Shown piece after piece: positions 29,003 through 39,139 of a DNA stretch of 64,000 nt. Positions within the stretch are counted from its first letter, which is position 1; the number at the start of each line of letters is the position of its first letter. Source of the DNA: Bdellovibrionales bacterium (GTDB lineage Bacteria; Bdellovibrionota; Bdellovibrionia; Bdellovibrionales; JAMPXM01); NCBI GenBank assembly GCA_016713885.1, contig JADJOF010000008.1, forward strand, positions 3,221 to 67,220. The letters are read 5' to 3'. The position numbers were made by a program, and so were the translations under genes. The notes beneath the pieces were generated by a model. It saw only the letters and a list, made by a program, of their open reading frames with translations. It was not told where the DNA came from and did no database searches.

Positions 29003-29402
29003 TTGCCGTACTCACGATGGCCTGGCGAGGCGTCGTTAGATCCAAGCGTCCATGCCGAAAGACCTCTCCGTACCGATACAGTGTCGCCGCTTTACATTTC
29101 GGAACGCGCAAGCACCAAGAAGCCAAGAGCTCCTGCATCTGGCGATGTGGCAAGCTGCCGTCTATAAGCTCTTGCAGGTCAATTCCGCCAGTGAGCCGAT
29201 ACGGATAGAGTTCCGCTCGACGGCTGATCAGATACTCAGAGCCATCGCTCAACGTCGCCACGGGCAAGTAGTAAACGCCGCGCAATCGGTCGACTGTGAA
29301 CATCGAGTATGGCAGAAACGGATAAAATGAACGATGCGATAGAACAGGATACAGACATGCTCCGGCGAGCAAGGCTGTAATAGTCCATCGAAAAGTGATC
29401 AT
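28995..29402 (-). CDS. Small single-pass membrane protein (partner of the HTTM-like gene), copy 1
   Basis: N-terminal transmembrane segment and a FYPFLPYSMF motif. 8-nt overlap with the downstream HTTM-like gene. Confidence 0.5.
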   Translation of the reverse strand: MITFRWTITALLAGACLYPVLSHRSFYPFLPYSMFTVDRLRGVYYLPVATLSDGSEYLISRRAELYPYRLTGGIDLQELIDGSLPHRQMQELLASWCLRVPKCKAATLYRYGEVFRHGRLDLTTPRQAIVSTANE

Positions 29403-29411
29403 TGAGTGACT

Positions 29412-29594
29412 CTAATCCTGGCGCTTGATCTCGGCCAACCGACGCTGGTGCATCGCCTTCAGCGCGTCGATTTCTTTTTGGTATTGCAGATCTTTGGCAT
29501 TCAAACGCTCTGCACTCTCGTGCTGTTGATCGTCGATGCGTTTTTCATATTCGTTTTTAAGCTTACTGATCTCGTCGGAATGCTGACTCTTCAA
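29412..29594 (-). CDS. Small coiled-coil protein; possibly longer, with a frameshifted N-terminus
   Basis: 60-aa ORF with a TTG start. An ATG at about 29659 opens another frame that would join it upstream (MSVTGPKDSANDA...). Confidence 0.35.
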   Translation of the reverse strand: MKSQHSDEISKLKNEYEKRIDDQQHESAERLNAKDLQYQKEIDALKAMHQRRLAEIKRQD

Positions 29595-29692
29595 CTCGCG
29601 AATCTGTTCGCGAGTCTTGTCTGCATCTTGAGCTCCGTCGCCCGCGCATCGTTGGCTGAATCTTTTGGACCGGTGACCGACATACTGTCAGT

Positions 29693-30277
29693 TTAACGCC
29701 CCCGCACCAGCACACCAATAGCAAGCGATGTGAACTGGACGAGCTGGTCCAGAGTGCAGTCCGCACTCACGGGCGGCACGTGAATAAACCCACTCCTCAC
29801 GCGCGAGCGAAGAAAGTGCTGTTGCATCCGATAAAACACATCATTGCAGACGTAAGTCCCGGCCGAGTGCGAGATCCCCATCGGCAAACTTGCGCCTTTC
29901 GCTCGATCGAGAATCCCCTCGATCGGAAGCGTTGAAGGCAGAGCGAGTGGACAGCCCGGTAAAAGCTCCCCCGCGGCGACGGACGATCCCATTGAGCTCG
30001 ACTCACGCCAGTTCAATGCAAAGCGCTCTAGATCGATTGTTTGCCGACTCGCCGCCAGGCCGAACGAAAGTACGGCGTCCGGTCGAAAGAGACCGATCTC
30101 ATCACGTAAACGCTGAAAACCGGCTTCAAACTCAACCGGCAGAACAACACCGCGAACATCGGCTCCAAACCAGTCGACCTCATGACCTGAGCAAGCATTC
30201 ACTTGCTCAGCAAGCAGGCGCGACGGATTGACCTTGTTGTCGCCGAACTCAGTAAAACCACTTATCAGAATTCGCAT
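29693..30277 (-). CDS. pcp: Pyroglutamyl-peptidase I (peptidase C15)
   Basis: MRILISGFTEFG..NPS and GISHSAGTYVCNDVFY (catalytic Cys context). Confidence 0.8.
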   Translation of the reverse strand: MRILISGFTEFGDNKVNPSRLLAEQVNACSGHEVDWFGADVRGVVLPVEFEAGFQRLRDEIGLFRPDAVLSFGLAASRQTIDLERFALNWRESSSMGSSVAAGELLPGCPLALPSTLPIEGILDRAKGASLPMGISHSAGTYVCNDVFYRMQQHFLRSRVRSGFIHVPPVSADCTLDQLVQFTSLAIGVLVRGR

Positions 30278-30282
30278 CGGAA

Positions 30283-30891
30283 CTACCGACAGCCGATCGA
30301 CTGCAGATACTTCACGATTTCATCTTGCTCGTTCTTTCTGGCAAGCTCAACAATGCTGTCGTCACCCTTGCGCGGAAGCACCCGATCACATGGCACCTTA
30401 TCAGTAAAATTCAACGTCTTTAGGATTTCTAGATAACCAAGGCTCACGATCTCCCGCACCGGAACCGCACCGTAGCCATCCGAGAGAAATGGGTCAGCAC
30501 CGCTCTCAAGCAAAAGCCCGGTCACGGTTTTTCGCTTATCATCATCAGCCGATCCAAGCACAGCGTAACCGAGCGCCGTCTGCCAATCCTTGTCAGCGCG
30601 CTTCACATCGGCACCGTTTGCCAGCAAGAAGCGAACAGCGTCAACTTGTCCGTTTCTCGAGGCCACCATCAGTGCCGTCACCCCGTTACCATCGATTCGA
30701 TCGATCGGCTGCTTCTCCCGATCTTCAGACAAGCGCTTGAGCGTCTCCACATCACCAAGTCGGGCCGCTCGATACCAAAGCGAGACCACAATCACGCCAT
30801 CCGTAGGCACAGGCGGTGCCTGTGCTTTTGGCTTCGAGGCGCAGGACAGGGCACTCAAACAAAGTGCAAATACCAATAGCTTTCTGATCAC
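30283..30891 (-). CDS. Exported ankyrin-repeat protein (possible lipoprotein)
   Basis: Signal sequence MIRKLLVFALCLSALSC. ANK repeats GVTALMVASRNGQVDAVRFLLANGADV. Confidence 0.7.
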   Translation of the reverse strand: MIRKLLVFALCLSALSCASKPKAQAPPVPTDGVIVVSLWYRAARLGDVETLKRLSEDREKQPIDRIDGNGVTALMVASRNGQVDAVRFLLANGADVKRADKDWQTALGYAVLGSADDDKRKTVTGLLLESGADPFLSDGYGAVPVREIVSLGYLEILKTLNFTDKVPCDRVLPRKGDDSIVELARKNEQDEIVKYLQSIGCR

Positions 30892-33800
30892 AGATTTCTC
30901 CGATACTGACCGCCGACTTCATAGAGGGCCTGAGTCATTTGATAGAGCGAACAATGTCGTGCGGCCTTCATGAGACCAGCAAAAATATTCCCGCCACTCA
31001 GCGCCTGCTCGCGGAGCTCTCTGAGAGCAACCGTCGCGTCGGCCTGATGTGTCTTTTGATAGTCATGAACACGATTCAGCTGCAGATTCTTTTCTTCATA
31101 GCTTGCGCGAGCCAGCTCCAATTTTGGGAGGCACGTAACCTTCGGCCAGGGTCGCTGCGTTCACAAATGTATTCACACCGATAATCGGGAGTTCGCCTGA
31201 GTGCTTAAGGTGCTCATATAGCATTGACTCCTCTTGAATCTTTCCGCGCTGATACTGAGTCTCCATCGCACCCAACACACCGCCGCGCTCATTGATTCTG
31301 AGAAACTCCTCAAGCACCGCCTCTTCAACCAGATCCGTCAACTCTTCAAAGAAGTATGAGCCCTGCATCGGGTTCTCGTTCTTCGCCATTCCAAACTCGC
31401 GATTGATGATGAGCTGAATCGCCATCGCCCGGCGAACACTCTCTTCCGTTGGCGTTGTGATCGCCTCATCGTAGGCATTGGTGTGAAGTGAGTTGCAGTT
31501 GTCGTAGATCGCAAGCAGTGCCTGCAGCGTCGTTCGAATATCGTTAAAGTCGATCTCCTGCGCATGCAGCGACCGACCAGATGTCTGAATGTGATACTTT
31601 AACTTCTGCGAGCGATCATTCCCCTTATAGAGATCACGCATGGCCACAGCCCAAATCCGGCGGGCCACACGCCCAATCACCGAGTACTCAGGATCAAGGC
31701 CATTGGAAAAGAAGAAGGAGAGATTTGGTGCAAAATCATCCACCGACATTCCACGCGAGAGATAGTACTCAACAAAGGTGAACGCATTTGAAAGCGTAAA
31801 TGCCAGCTGCGAAATCGGATTCGCTCCGGCCTCGGCAATGTGATAGCCGGAGATCGAAACCGAGTAAAAGTTTTTGACTTTGTTGTCAGTAAAGAACTGT
31901 TGAATATCGCCCATCATCTTGAGAGCAAAGTCGATGGAGAAGATGCAGGTGTTCTGTCCCTGGTCCTCTTTCAAGATGTCCGCTTGAACCGTTCCTCGCA
32001 CATTTTGAACGGTCCACGCCTCAAGCTTCTCACGCTCCTCAATCGTCAACTTTCGCCCAAGTTCCTTTTCTTTTTTCTCCACCTGTTGATCGATCGCCGT
32101 ATTCATAAAAAAGGCGAGAATCATCGGCGCCGGTCCATTGATCGTCATCGATACCGACGTATTCGGCGCGCAAAGATCAAAGCCGGCGTAAAGGCGTTTC
32201 ATATCCTCAAGCGTACAGATCGAAACCCCTGATTCGCCGACTTTACCGAAAATGTCGGGACGAGCATCAGGATCCTGACCATAGAGAGTCACCGAATCAA
32301 ATGCCGTCGAAAGACGAGTCGCTGGCTGACCTTTCGCTAGGTAATGAAAGCGCCTATTCGTTCGCTCAGGCGGACCTTCGCCTGCAAACATCCGGGTTGG
32401 ATCTTCATTCTCTCGTTTCAACGGAAATACGCCTGCCGTGTACGGGAACTCGCCCGGCACATTCTCCAGCCGCAGGAAACGAATGCGATCGCCCCAATCC
32501 GATATCTTTGGCGCAACCACGCGACGAATTTTCGTACCCGAAAGCGATGTGCGGGTCAGCGGCTGGCAGATCTGTTTGCCGCGAACCTCGTACATATACT
32601 CATCACCACTATAGCGAGAAAGGAGTTCTCCCCACTTCATCAATTGCTGATAAAGATCTTCACCAAGCTCACCGCGCCACGATTCCACTTTTGGAGCGAG
32701 CATCGCAACCTGGTCCTTTGCGCACTCCTTCAAGACTTCAACAGCGCCGATACGCGATGCGACCTGCGCCAGCTTCTCCGTGTCCTTCTTATAGCGCCGA
32801 ACGGTGCCGACGATCTCGGCCAGGTATGCCTGTCGCTCAGCCGGCACGATCATCGAGCGTTTTGCATCTTTGACCGTCTTTCGATACTCGGCCGACTGCG
32901 TCCAATAGGCCTGACGTTCCGCCTGCTTTTCCGCAAGTGCGCTTGTGAGCCCAAAGAAAAGCTTATTGCAGCCTTCGTCGTTAAACTGCTGCGCCTGCGT
33001 GAGATAAACCGGAAGCGCCTCGTCCGCTAGCACGCCCGAATCAAACTGTTTGCGCGAGCGACGATACTGTTTACGCACGTCGCGAAGCGCATCCATCGCA
33101 CCACGGCGATCGGCTTTGTTGATCGCAATCAAATCGGCAAAATCGATCATCTCAATCTTCTCAAGCTGCGACTGCGCACCAAACTCGGACGTCATCACAT
33201 AGAGCGAGAGATCCGAGAGCTCAGTGATCGCGCCTTGCGCCTGACCAATGCCACTCGTCTCTGCAATCAAGAGATCAAAATTATAGCCCTTCATGAAATC
33301 AAGCATGCGTGGAAGGCTCGCCGCAATTTCGGTTCCAGAGCCGCGCGATGCAACCGAGCGCATAAACACGCCAGATCGCGAAAGCGAGTTCATTCGGATT
33401 CGGTCACCCAGAAGTGCTCCGCCCGTCTTTCTCTTCGACGGATCCACGCAGACCACACCGATCTGAATCCCTGGAAAAGCGTTCAAGAATCGCTGAAGAA
33501 GCTCATCAACAAGCGACGACTTCCCCGCACCGCCGGTACCCGTGACACCCAAAACCAGCGGTGCTTTTTTACTGGCATCGCGCTGAAAGCCCTGAAGCCC
33601 GGCCTTACACGAATCCGGAATCGCCTGCCCCATCTCGACCGCTGTGAGCGCAAGACCCAGATGCCTTGAACGAATCGCGTCGCTCTCTCCTGCAACAATG
33701 GAGGCCTTGGTGAGCGGATCAAAGTCGCAGCCCTCAATGATCATATCGATCATGCCCTCGAGGCCGAGCTTTCGACCATCCTCGGGATGAAAGATCTGGG

Positions 33801-34176
33801 CTATGCCGTATGCCTCAAGCGCTTTTTTTTCTTCGTGAATGATAACGCCGCCGCCACCACCGTAGATTTTCACAAAGGGTGCACCGGCTTTCTCAAGCAG
33901 GTCTTTGGTGTACTTAAAGTACTCCATATGACCTCCTTGATAGCTTGAAAGCGCGATCCCTTGCGCCCCCTCTTGTATCGCTGCCGTCACCACATCGTGA
34001 ACAGATCGATTGTGCCCAAGATGGATCACCTCAGCACCGCCATCTTGAAGAAGACGACGCATGAGATTGATGCTGGCATCGTGACCATCAAAAAGAGATG
34101 CCGCAGTGACAATTCGAATCGGATGACGAGGAACGTAGCGCGTTTTCATAAGCTCTTGGTTTAGCAGGCGAATCAC
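30888..34176 (-). pseudogene. icmF: Fused isobutyryl-CoA mutase (B12 domain + MeaB-like GTPase + mutase domain), one frameshift near the C-terminus
   Basis: ORF 31096..34176 has DGHDASIN (B12-binding), the P-loop [12 protein letters not shown], and a mutase domain. The last about 77 aa ([10 protein letters not shown]...GGNIFAGLM...YEVGGQYRRNL) are in ORF 30888..31121. The junction is at the T4 run 31122-31125. Confidence 0.8.
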
Positions 34177-34336
34177 TTCGACCTCAACCTCAAGCCTATA
34201 CGATACGGCGCATAAACTGCCTCATTTTGCGACAGATGCAGGACAGTTCGATCCGTCGGTTTTGAGCCCGATCCGCTGTTTAATGAATTCATGGGGACGC
34301 GAGGGGTTCGAGTCCCGGGAAACACAAGGGGGAAGT

Positions 34337-34807
34337 ATGAAACAGGTTATTCAAAATTCGATTCTCGGTGCCATCGTTGCAGTGAGCGCTCTTGCATCGT
34401 CAACAGCAAAAGCCGAGAGCTACTCCGGTATCTGTAGCACCAACGTCACTCTCGAACAGAGGGCGCCGAACTGGGCCTACGTGCAACTGGCAAACGACTT
34501 GATGACCGAGAACAAGTACAGTCTCCATCGCGATGCCTCTTTCCGCGCGAGTGACTTCAAGAATATTCCTATAGCGCAGCTTCCAGGGATCACTCGTGTC
34601 GACCTCGCCCTGTCGGTCGTGCTCGGAAATCCGGGACGGACTGCGGTTTGCGATCTCGAGCTTCAAAACTTTGGCCGTGCGTTGAACGCCAAATTCGGCG
34701 GCCGTGTCGGTGTGAAGGCGACGATCTATCAGTGCGGCTACATTTACCGAGACGGCGCTCTCGGTGCGGCTCCCTGCCGCGGACCCATCGTTTTTGAAAC
34801 TCCGTAA
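34337..34807 (+). CDS. Small exported hypothetical protein
   Basis: ATG at 34337 is preceded by AAGGGGGAAG. Signal sequence MKQVIQNSILGAIVAVSALASSTAKA. Confidence 0.55.
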   Translation: MKQVIQNSILGAIVAVSALASSTAKAESYSGICSTNVTLEQRAPNWAYVQLANDLMTENKYSLHRDASFRASDFKNIPIAQLPGITRVDLALSVVLGNPGRTAVCDLELQNFGRALNAKFGGRVGVKATIYQCGYIYRDGALGAAPCRGPIVFETP

Positions 34808-35090
34808 ACTGGCCCACAATCGTGTGGTTTTCTTGAACGATCGAATGCGGCCGGCAAGCTCACTCAGCTGCCGGCCGATTCCCGGCCGGGTTCCGGATAT
34901 TCTGCATAGCTCACACCAAAAGCGCTCTTTTTGCCGTTCCCCGGTCCTCTTCACCTTGCGACGTAAAAACCACACGAAAGTGAGCCAATTTAGAATTGTC
35001 TCAATTTGAGATTCCTGCCTTGGCACACTCACCTTTGCTCGCCGCACCACCGATAAGAATTCACGAGTCCTGCTGGAGATCGAACGTGCC

Positions 35091-37667
35091 GTGAACCCGC
35101 TTACCGTGCTCCTTTTTGTCTGTGCATTCTTGCTTTACCGACCGAACGGCCTGGCTCAATCTCCGCTCGACAGCATCACGACTCCGTCGGCCTGCGCGGC
35201 TCAGCTCCTCAGTGGCAGAGATTTACAATGCGACTCTTCCACGTGGTACGGCCGGGCGCTTGAAAATGATCAACGACGCTGCCGAGAACTCGTGACCTCG
35301 ACAACATGTAAAGAGCTGATAAAGAAGGATCCTATCCTTGGCGATGGACTCAAACAGTGCGACGTAAAGTCGATCTGTAAAGACTCGGTCAACGTTGTTG
35401 GATTCTTTAGTGGCTGCACAAGTGGATTCATATTGGGAACGGGTGAAGGCCTCGACAGTGTGAAAACCTGGTTCGAGAACGCTTCAAAACGCATTCGGGA
35501 TGGGCATACCGCATACGGAAAGTACGCCAACACGCTTGAATACAAACGCGAACTCGTACGCACGCTTCCTCAATACAAAAGCACAACCGATAACGAGCTA
35601 GAAAAGCGCTCAGCTGCAGCACTTCTCGTGGAACGTCAAAATTTCGATGCCGCTCTATCGAGAGCAGAGCGCGGCTCAACAAGGTCACTCTTTTTATCAG
35701 AGCGCGCTGAGCAAGCAGAAGCCGAAGAGAGACGACGAGCACAGACATCACCGGCATCTGTTCAGGAGACCGCGATCTTCGGAGCAGCCTACGAAGCACT
35801 TCGGAAAAAAGGCGTTGAGCTTTCATGTCTCGATAGCCGAACTCGGGCCGAGATGATTTGCTGGGGTGCCGCCTACATCGTTGATCCCCTTGCGGTATCA
35901 ACACTCGCACTCAAGAGCGGACGCATCGCCAAGGCTGTTGTCACCAAGCTTGAAGAGATTCATACCCGCGCGAGACGACATCCTGGCGAGCTCAAGGGCG
36001 GAGAAACTCGCCACTTCGACGCTCGACCGGTCGATGTCAAAGAGGCTTATGGCGCTAAAATCGCAGACGGCGTTATCAAAGATCTGCCATCATCCATGAA
36101 CGTTGCACGCTATCGAAACCCACTCAAAGAGGAGTTTCTCGTCTTTGAACGCAGCGTAAAAATGCCCGATGGCTCAGTCAAAATCCTCGCTCGCGAGCTG
36201 CCTTTTGACGGCCTCACTGGTGCGATAGACGCCAATCTCCCAGCTGGCCGACAGTTTCTTGAAACTCTCGTCGCTGAATCCAATGGCAAAGTCACTCTCG
36301 CCATGATCGATGTCGATAACCTTGGTTTTGTCTCAAAAAACTTCACTCAAGGAAGAACCGGGACACCTGCAGAACTTAAACAGATTGCGCGCGCCGCTGG
36401 CGACGAATACCTCAAAGCGACCGCAAAAGTCGTGGCCGATATATCAAAAGGGAAAGCACAGTTCTTTCGAACCGGCGGCGATGAGTTCGCGCTGGTGATC
36501 AACGAGACTGATCCGGTTAAAGTTCAAAGACTTCTCCAAGAGATCAACGAGCGCGTGCGCAAAGACCCCAGCGTTCGACGCGTCTTCACTGTCGAGTCCA
36601 GGGCACGTGCCACAGCGATTAAAAATGAGGTCGGAGCTGGCAATATATTAAGTGAATCACAGGCACAGGAATATCGCCTGGGCTATGCCCCGTACTCGCA
36701 GCCAAACGTCAGCGTCGGGAGTGTCGTCGTCAACGGCGAAGATGTTCCCCACGCCTTTGAGATCGCCGAAAGGCAAGCCGCAAAACAGAAAATCGAAAAC
36801 AAGACTGAGTTTAAATCCGATACGACAAAGTATGGCGGCAGTAAACCCTCGGCTGACGCAAAGCCAAATCTCACCTATCTTGCCGATGCACAACCAGCTG
36901 CCATCGGCCGAGCCGGAAACCAAAATCGCGTTGGCGCCAGCATCAAAGAGGCTCAAGGATTTGTCACTCAAGAGCGCGTGCGGGAGCGATTCCGCGTCGG
37001 AGAAATGTCGATCGTCGAATACAAAGATGAACTTGGCAGACCGCTTCTTCAAATGGAGCGCTACTACACCGATGCCGTCGACGAGCGACACTTCGTCACC
37101 CACGAGGTTTTTGTCAACGAACGCACCGGGCTCATCGATGCCCGCCATCCTCGAGGCCGCGAGATTCTCAACACTTTTGTCGCGAGCACGAAAACTCCAA
37201 ATCGCGGAGGCGTCTGGGTCAATCTTGAGAATCTTGGAATTCTCAACTACGGTGCCGGCGGAACCGCCAACGGCGATCGCGCGCTGGCCGCGACGAGTGA
37301 CGCCATCAAGCGCGTCATTCGCGACGATAACCTTCCGATCAAGTGGCAGGGATCAGAGTTCTTTATTGGAGTTGAAAACGTAGCACCTTCTGAACTGACA
37401 AGAGTAACCGAACGCGTTCAGAAGGCACTTGAGAAGGATCCGACGATTAAGAAAATCTACGATCAGTACACCCGAACACTCGAGGTCGAGCTCAACAATG
37501 CAAGACTGAAGAACGACAAAAAGCGTATCGATGAGATCGAAGCGAACCTAAGAAAAATCCAGACGGCGCGCACCACCCCCTTTACCGTTTATGGAACGCC
37601 TATCCGACCTGGCGACACCCTGGACTCGGTTCTCTCGCGTAGTCGGGGACAGCGCTATGACGATTGA
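35091..37667 (+). CDS. Large protein with a signal/anchor, a Cys-rich N-terminal region and two GGDEF-like domains (first has an intact GGDEF, second is degenerate)
   Basis: GTG start. MNPLTVLLFVCAFLLYRPNGLAQS, with nine Cys in the first about 115 aa after it. Domain 1: LAMIDVDNLGF...AGDEYLK...FFRTGGDEFALVINE. Domain 2: VWVNLENLGILNY...GDRALA...IKWQGSEFFIGVENV. Confidence 0.65.
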   Translation: MNPLTVLLFVCAFLLYRPNGLAQSPLDSITTPSACAAQLLSGRDLQCDSSTWYGRALENDQRRCRELVTSTTCKELIKKDPILGDGLKQCDVKSICKDSVNVVGFFSGCTSGFILGTGEGLDSVKTWFENASKRIRDGHTAYGKYANTLEYKRELVRTLPQYKSTTDNELEKRSAAALLVERQNFDAALSRAERGSTRSLFLSERAEQAEAEERRRAQTSPASVQETAIFGAAYEALRKKGVELSCLDSRTRAEMICWGAAYIVDPLAVSTLALKSGRIAKAVVTKLEEIHTRARRHPGELKGGETRHFDARPVDVKEAYGAKIADGVIKDLPSSMNVARYRNPLKEEFLVFERSVKMPDGSVKILARELPFDGLTGAIDANLPAGRQFLETLVAESNGKVTLAMIDVDNLGFVSKNFTQGRTGTPAELKQIARAAGDEYLKATAKVVADISKGKAQFFRTGGDEFALVINETDPVKVQRLLQEINERVRKDPSVRRVFTVESRARATAIKNEVGAGNILSESQAQEYRLGYAPYSQPNVSVGSVVVNGEDVPHAFEIAERQAAKQKIENKTEFKSDTTKYGGSKPSADAKPNLTYLADAQPAAIGRAGNQNRVGASIKEAQGFVTQERVRERFRVGEMSIVEYKDELGRPLLQMERYYTDAVDERHFVTHEVFVNERTGLIDARHPRGREILNTFVASTKTPNRGGVWVNLENLGILNYGAGGTANGDRALAATSDAIKRVIRDDNLPIKWQGSEFFIGVENVAPSELTRVTERVQKALEKDPTIKKIYDQYTRTLEVELNNARLKNDKKRIDEIEANLRKIQTARTTPFTVYGTPIRPGDTLDSVLSRSRGQRYDD

Positions 37668-37693
37668 GCGCGTACATTTTAAGAATACGCCCT

Positions 37694-38479
37694 TCAGCAA
37701 CCTTTGAACTGCGGCTTTCGCTTTTCGATGAACGCGCGAACACCTTCGACTTTGTCTTCAGTCGCAAACACGCGTCCAAAAAGCTTGGCCTCTATGCCAT
37801 CGGCCTCTTCAAGAGATCGCTCTTGGCCACTGTGAATCGATTTTTTGATGTACTCGATTGCCTTCGGTGCGCGACTCCCAATGAGCGCCGCCTGTTCAAG
37901 CACGGTCTTCATCAGGTCGGCCTGTGGTACGACTTTATTGACCAGTCCTATGCGTAGGGCTTCGTCCGTTCCAATCATCGCACCTGTCAGTGCCATCTCA
38001 AGCGCTTTTGCCGTTCCCACACGTCGCGGAAGCCGAACCGTTCCACCAAAACCCGGAATCAAACCCAACGTGCACTCAGGAAGTGAGAACTTTGCGTTGT
38101 CGGACGCGAAAATAAAGTCACACGCAAGCGCCAGCTCAAGCCCGCCACCAAGTGCAAATCCATTCACCGCCGCGATGACCGGCTGGGGAAGCTGGGCGAG
38201 CTTCGCAAAAAGACTCTGCCCTCTCTCAGCAAAAGCTTCGGCTCCGGCAGGTGTCATCAATTCAAACTGTTTAATATCTGCTCCTGCAACAAACGCTTTC
38301 TCGCCCTGCCCCGTCAGCACCACCGCGCGGACAGAGCTGCTGCCCATCAGGTCATGAACCAACGTTTCCAGATCAGCGATCAATTCTGCGTTGAGCGCGT
38401 TCATCGCCTCCGGGCGCGAAAGAGTCGCAATGAGAGTTGTTCCTTCTACCGACGTCTTAATACAATTGAACTGTTTCAT
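37694..38479 (-). CDS. Enoyl-CoA hydratase (crotonase family)
   Basis: RPEAMNALN, KAFVAGADIK and AAVNGFALGGGLELALACD. I chose the ATG at 38479. Confidence 0.85.
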   Translation of the reverse strand: MKQFNCIKTSVEGTTLIATLSRPEAMNALNAELIADLETLVHDLMGSSSVRAVVLTGQGEKAFVAGADIKQFELMTPAGAEAFAERGQSLFAKLAQLPQPVIAAVNGFALGGGLELALACDFIFASDNAKFSLPECTLGLIPGFGGTVRLPRRVGTAKALEMALTGAMIGTDEALRIGLVNKVVPQADLMKTVLEQAALIGSRAPKAIEYIKKSIHSGQERSLEEADGIEAKLFGRVFATEDKVEGVRAFIEKRKPQFKGC

Positions 38480-38596
38480 ATCCTCAACGTACTGCTCCAA
38501 AACCGAAGCTGACAACGAGAAATTGGACCTATGTCGGTTGCTCGGATCTACAAAGTAATCTGTACTGTCACTCCACAAATCTCACGGAGGAAGAAC

Positions 38597-39139
38597 ATGG
38601 CCCATATCAAAGTCCCCGCAGGTCTCCCTGGAATTATTGGCCCGATGAGCGCTTATCCCGAAACAGCAAAGCCAATGAATGAACTGGCACAGAATTTACT
38701 TTCTCGCGAATCATCAACGCTCTCCAAAGCCGACCGCGAAACTATCGCAAGCTATGTTTCGTTCTTAAATGACTGCCAGTTCTGTTCGGAAAGTCACGGC
38801 GCCGTGGCCGACTATCACATAAAGCAGATCGGTTTCAGCCGTCAGCTCTGGAAGGATATCGAAAGCGCACCGATTTCTGAGCGCCTCAAGTCGCTTCTTC
38901 GAATTGCCGCGAAGGTTCAAAAAGCCGCACGCTCCGTCACAGCTAGCGACGTTGAAGGCGCCATTCGCCTCGGCGCCACCGAGCACGATGTTCACGACAC
39001 CGTGCTGATCGCCGCGGCCTTCTGCATGTTTAACCGCTACGTTGATGGCCTGGGAACCTTTGCTCCGCCTCGCGGAGATAGCTCATACGTTCAGATGGGG
39101 CAGATGCTGGCCGAAAATGGCTACATCGGCGCCATCTAG
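38597..39139 (+). CDS. Carboxymuconolactone decarboxylase / AhpD-like family protein
   Basis: ATG at 38597 after GGAGG. The CQFCSESH (CxxC..H) motif is typical of AhpD-like or peroxidase-related proteins. Confidence 0.65.
   Translation: MAHIKVPAGLPGIIGPMSAYPETAKPMNELAQNLLSRESSTLSKADRETIASYVSFLNDCQFCSESHGAVADYHIKQIGFSRQLWKDIESAPISERLKSLLRIAAKVQKAARSVTASDVEGAIRLGATEHDVHDTVLIAAAFCMFNRYVDGLGTFAPPRGDSSYVQMGQMLAENGYIGAI

Noticed and set aside
34285-34320. A T-loop-like motif (GGGGTTCGAGTCCCG, preceded by GGACGCGA), reminiscent of a tRNA/tmRNA 3' arm and therefore of a possible att remnant.
   Set aside because: The stem pairs over only 3-4 bp. No acceptor or anticodon arms can be drawn around it. 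It lies in the leader of the 34337 gene. Probably coincidental.
35022-35039. A sigma-54-like promoter element, TGGCAC...TTGC, upstream of the GGDEF-like gene.
   Set aside because: The GG-to-GC spacing is 15 nt, not the required 12. It does not fit the -24/-12 geometry.
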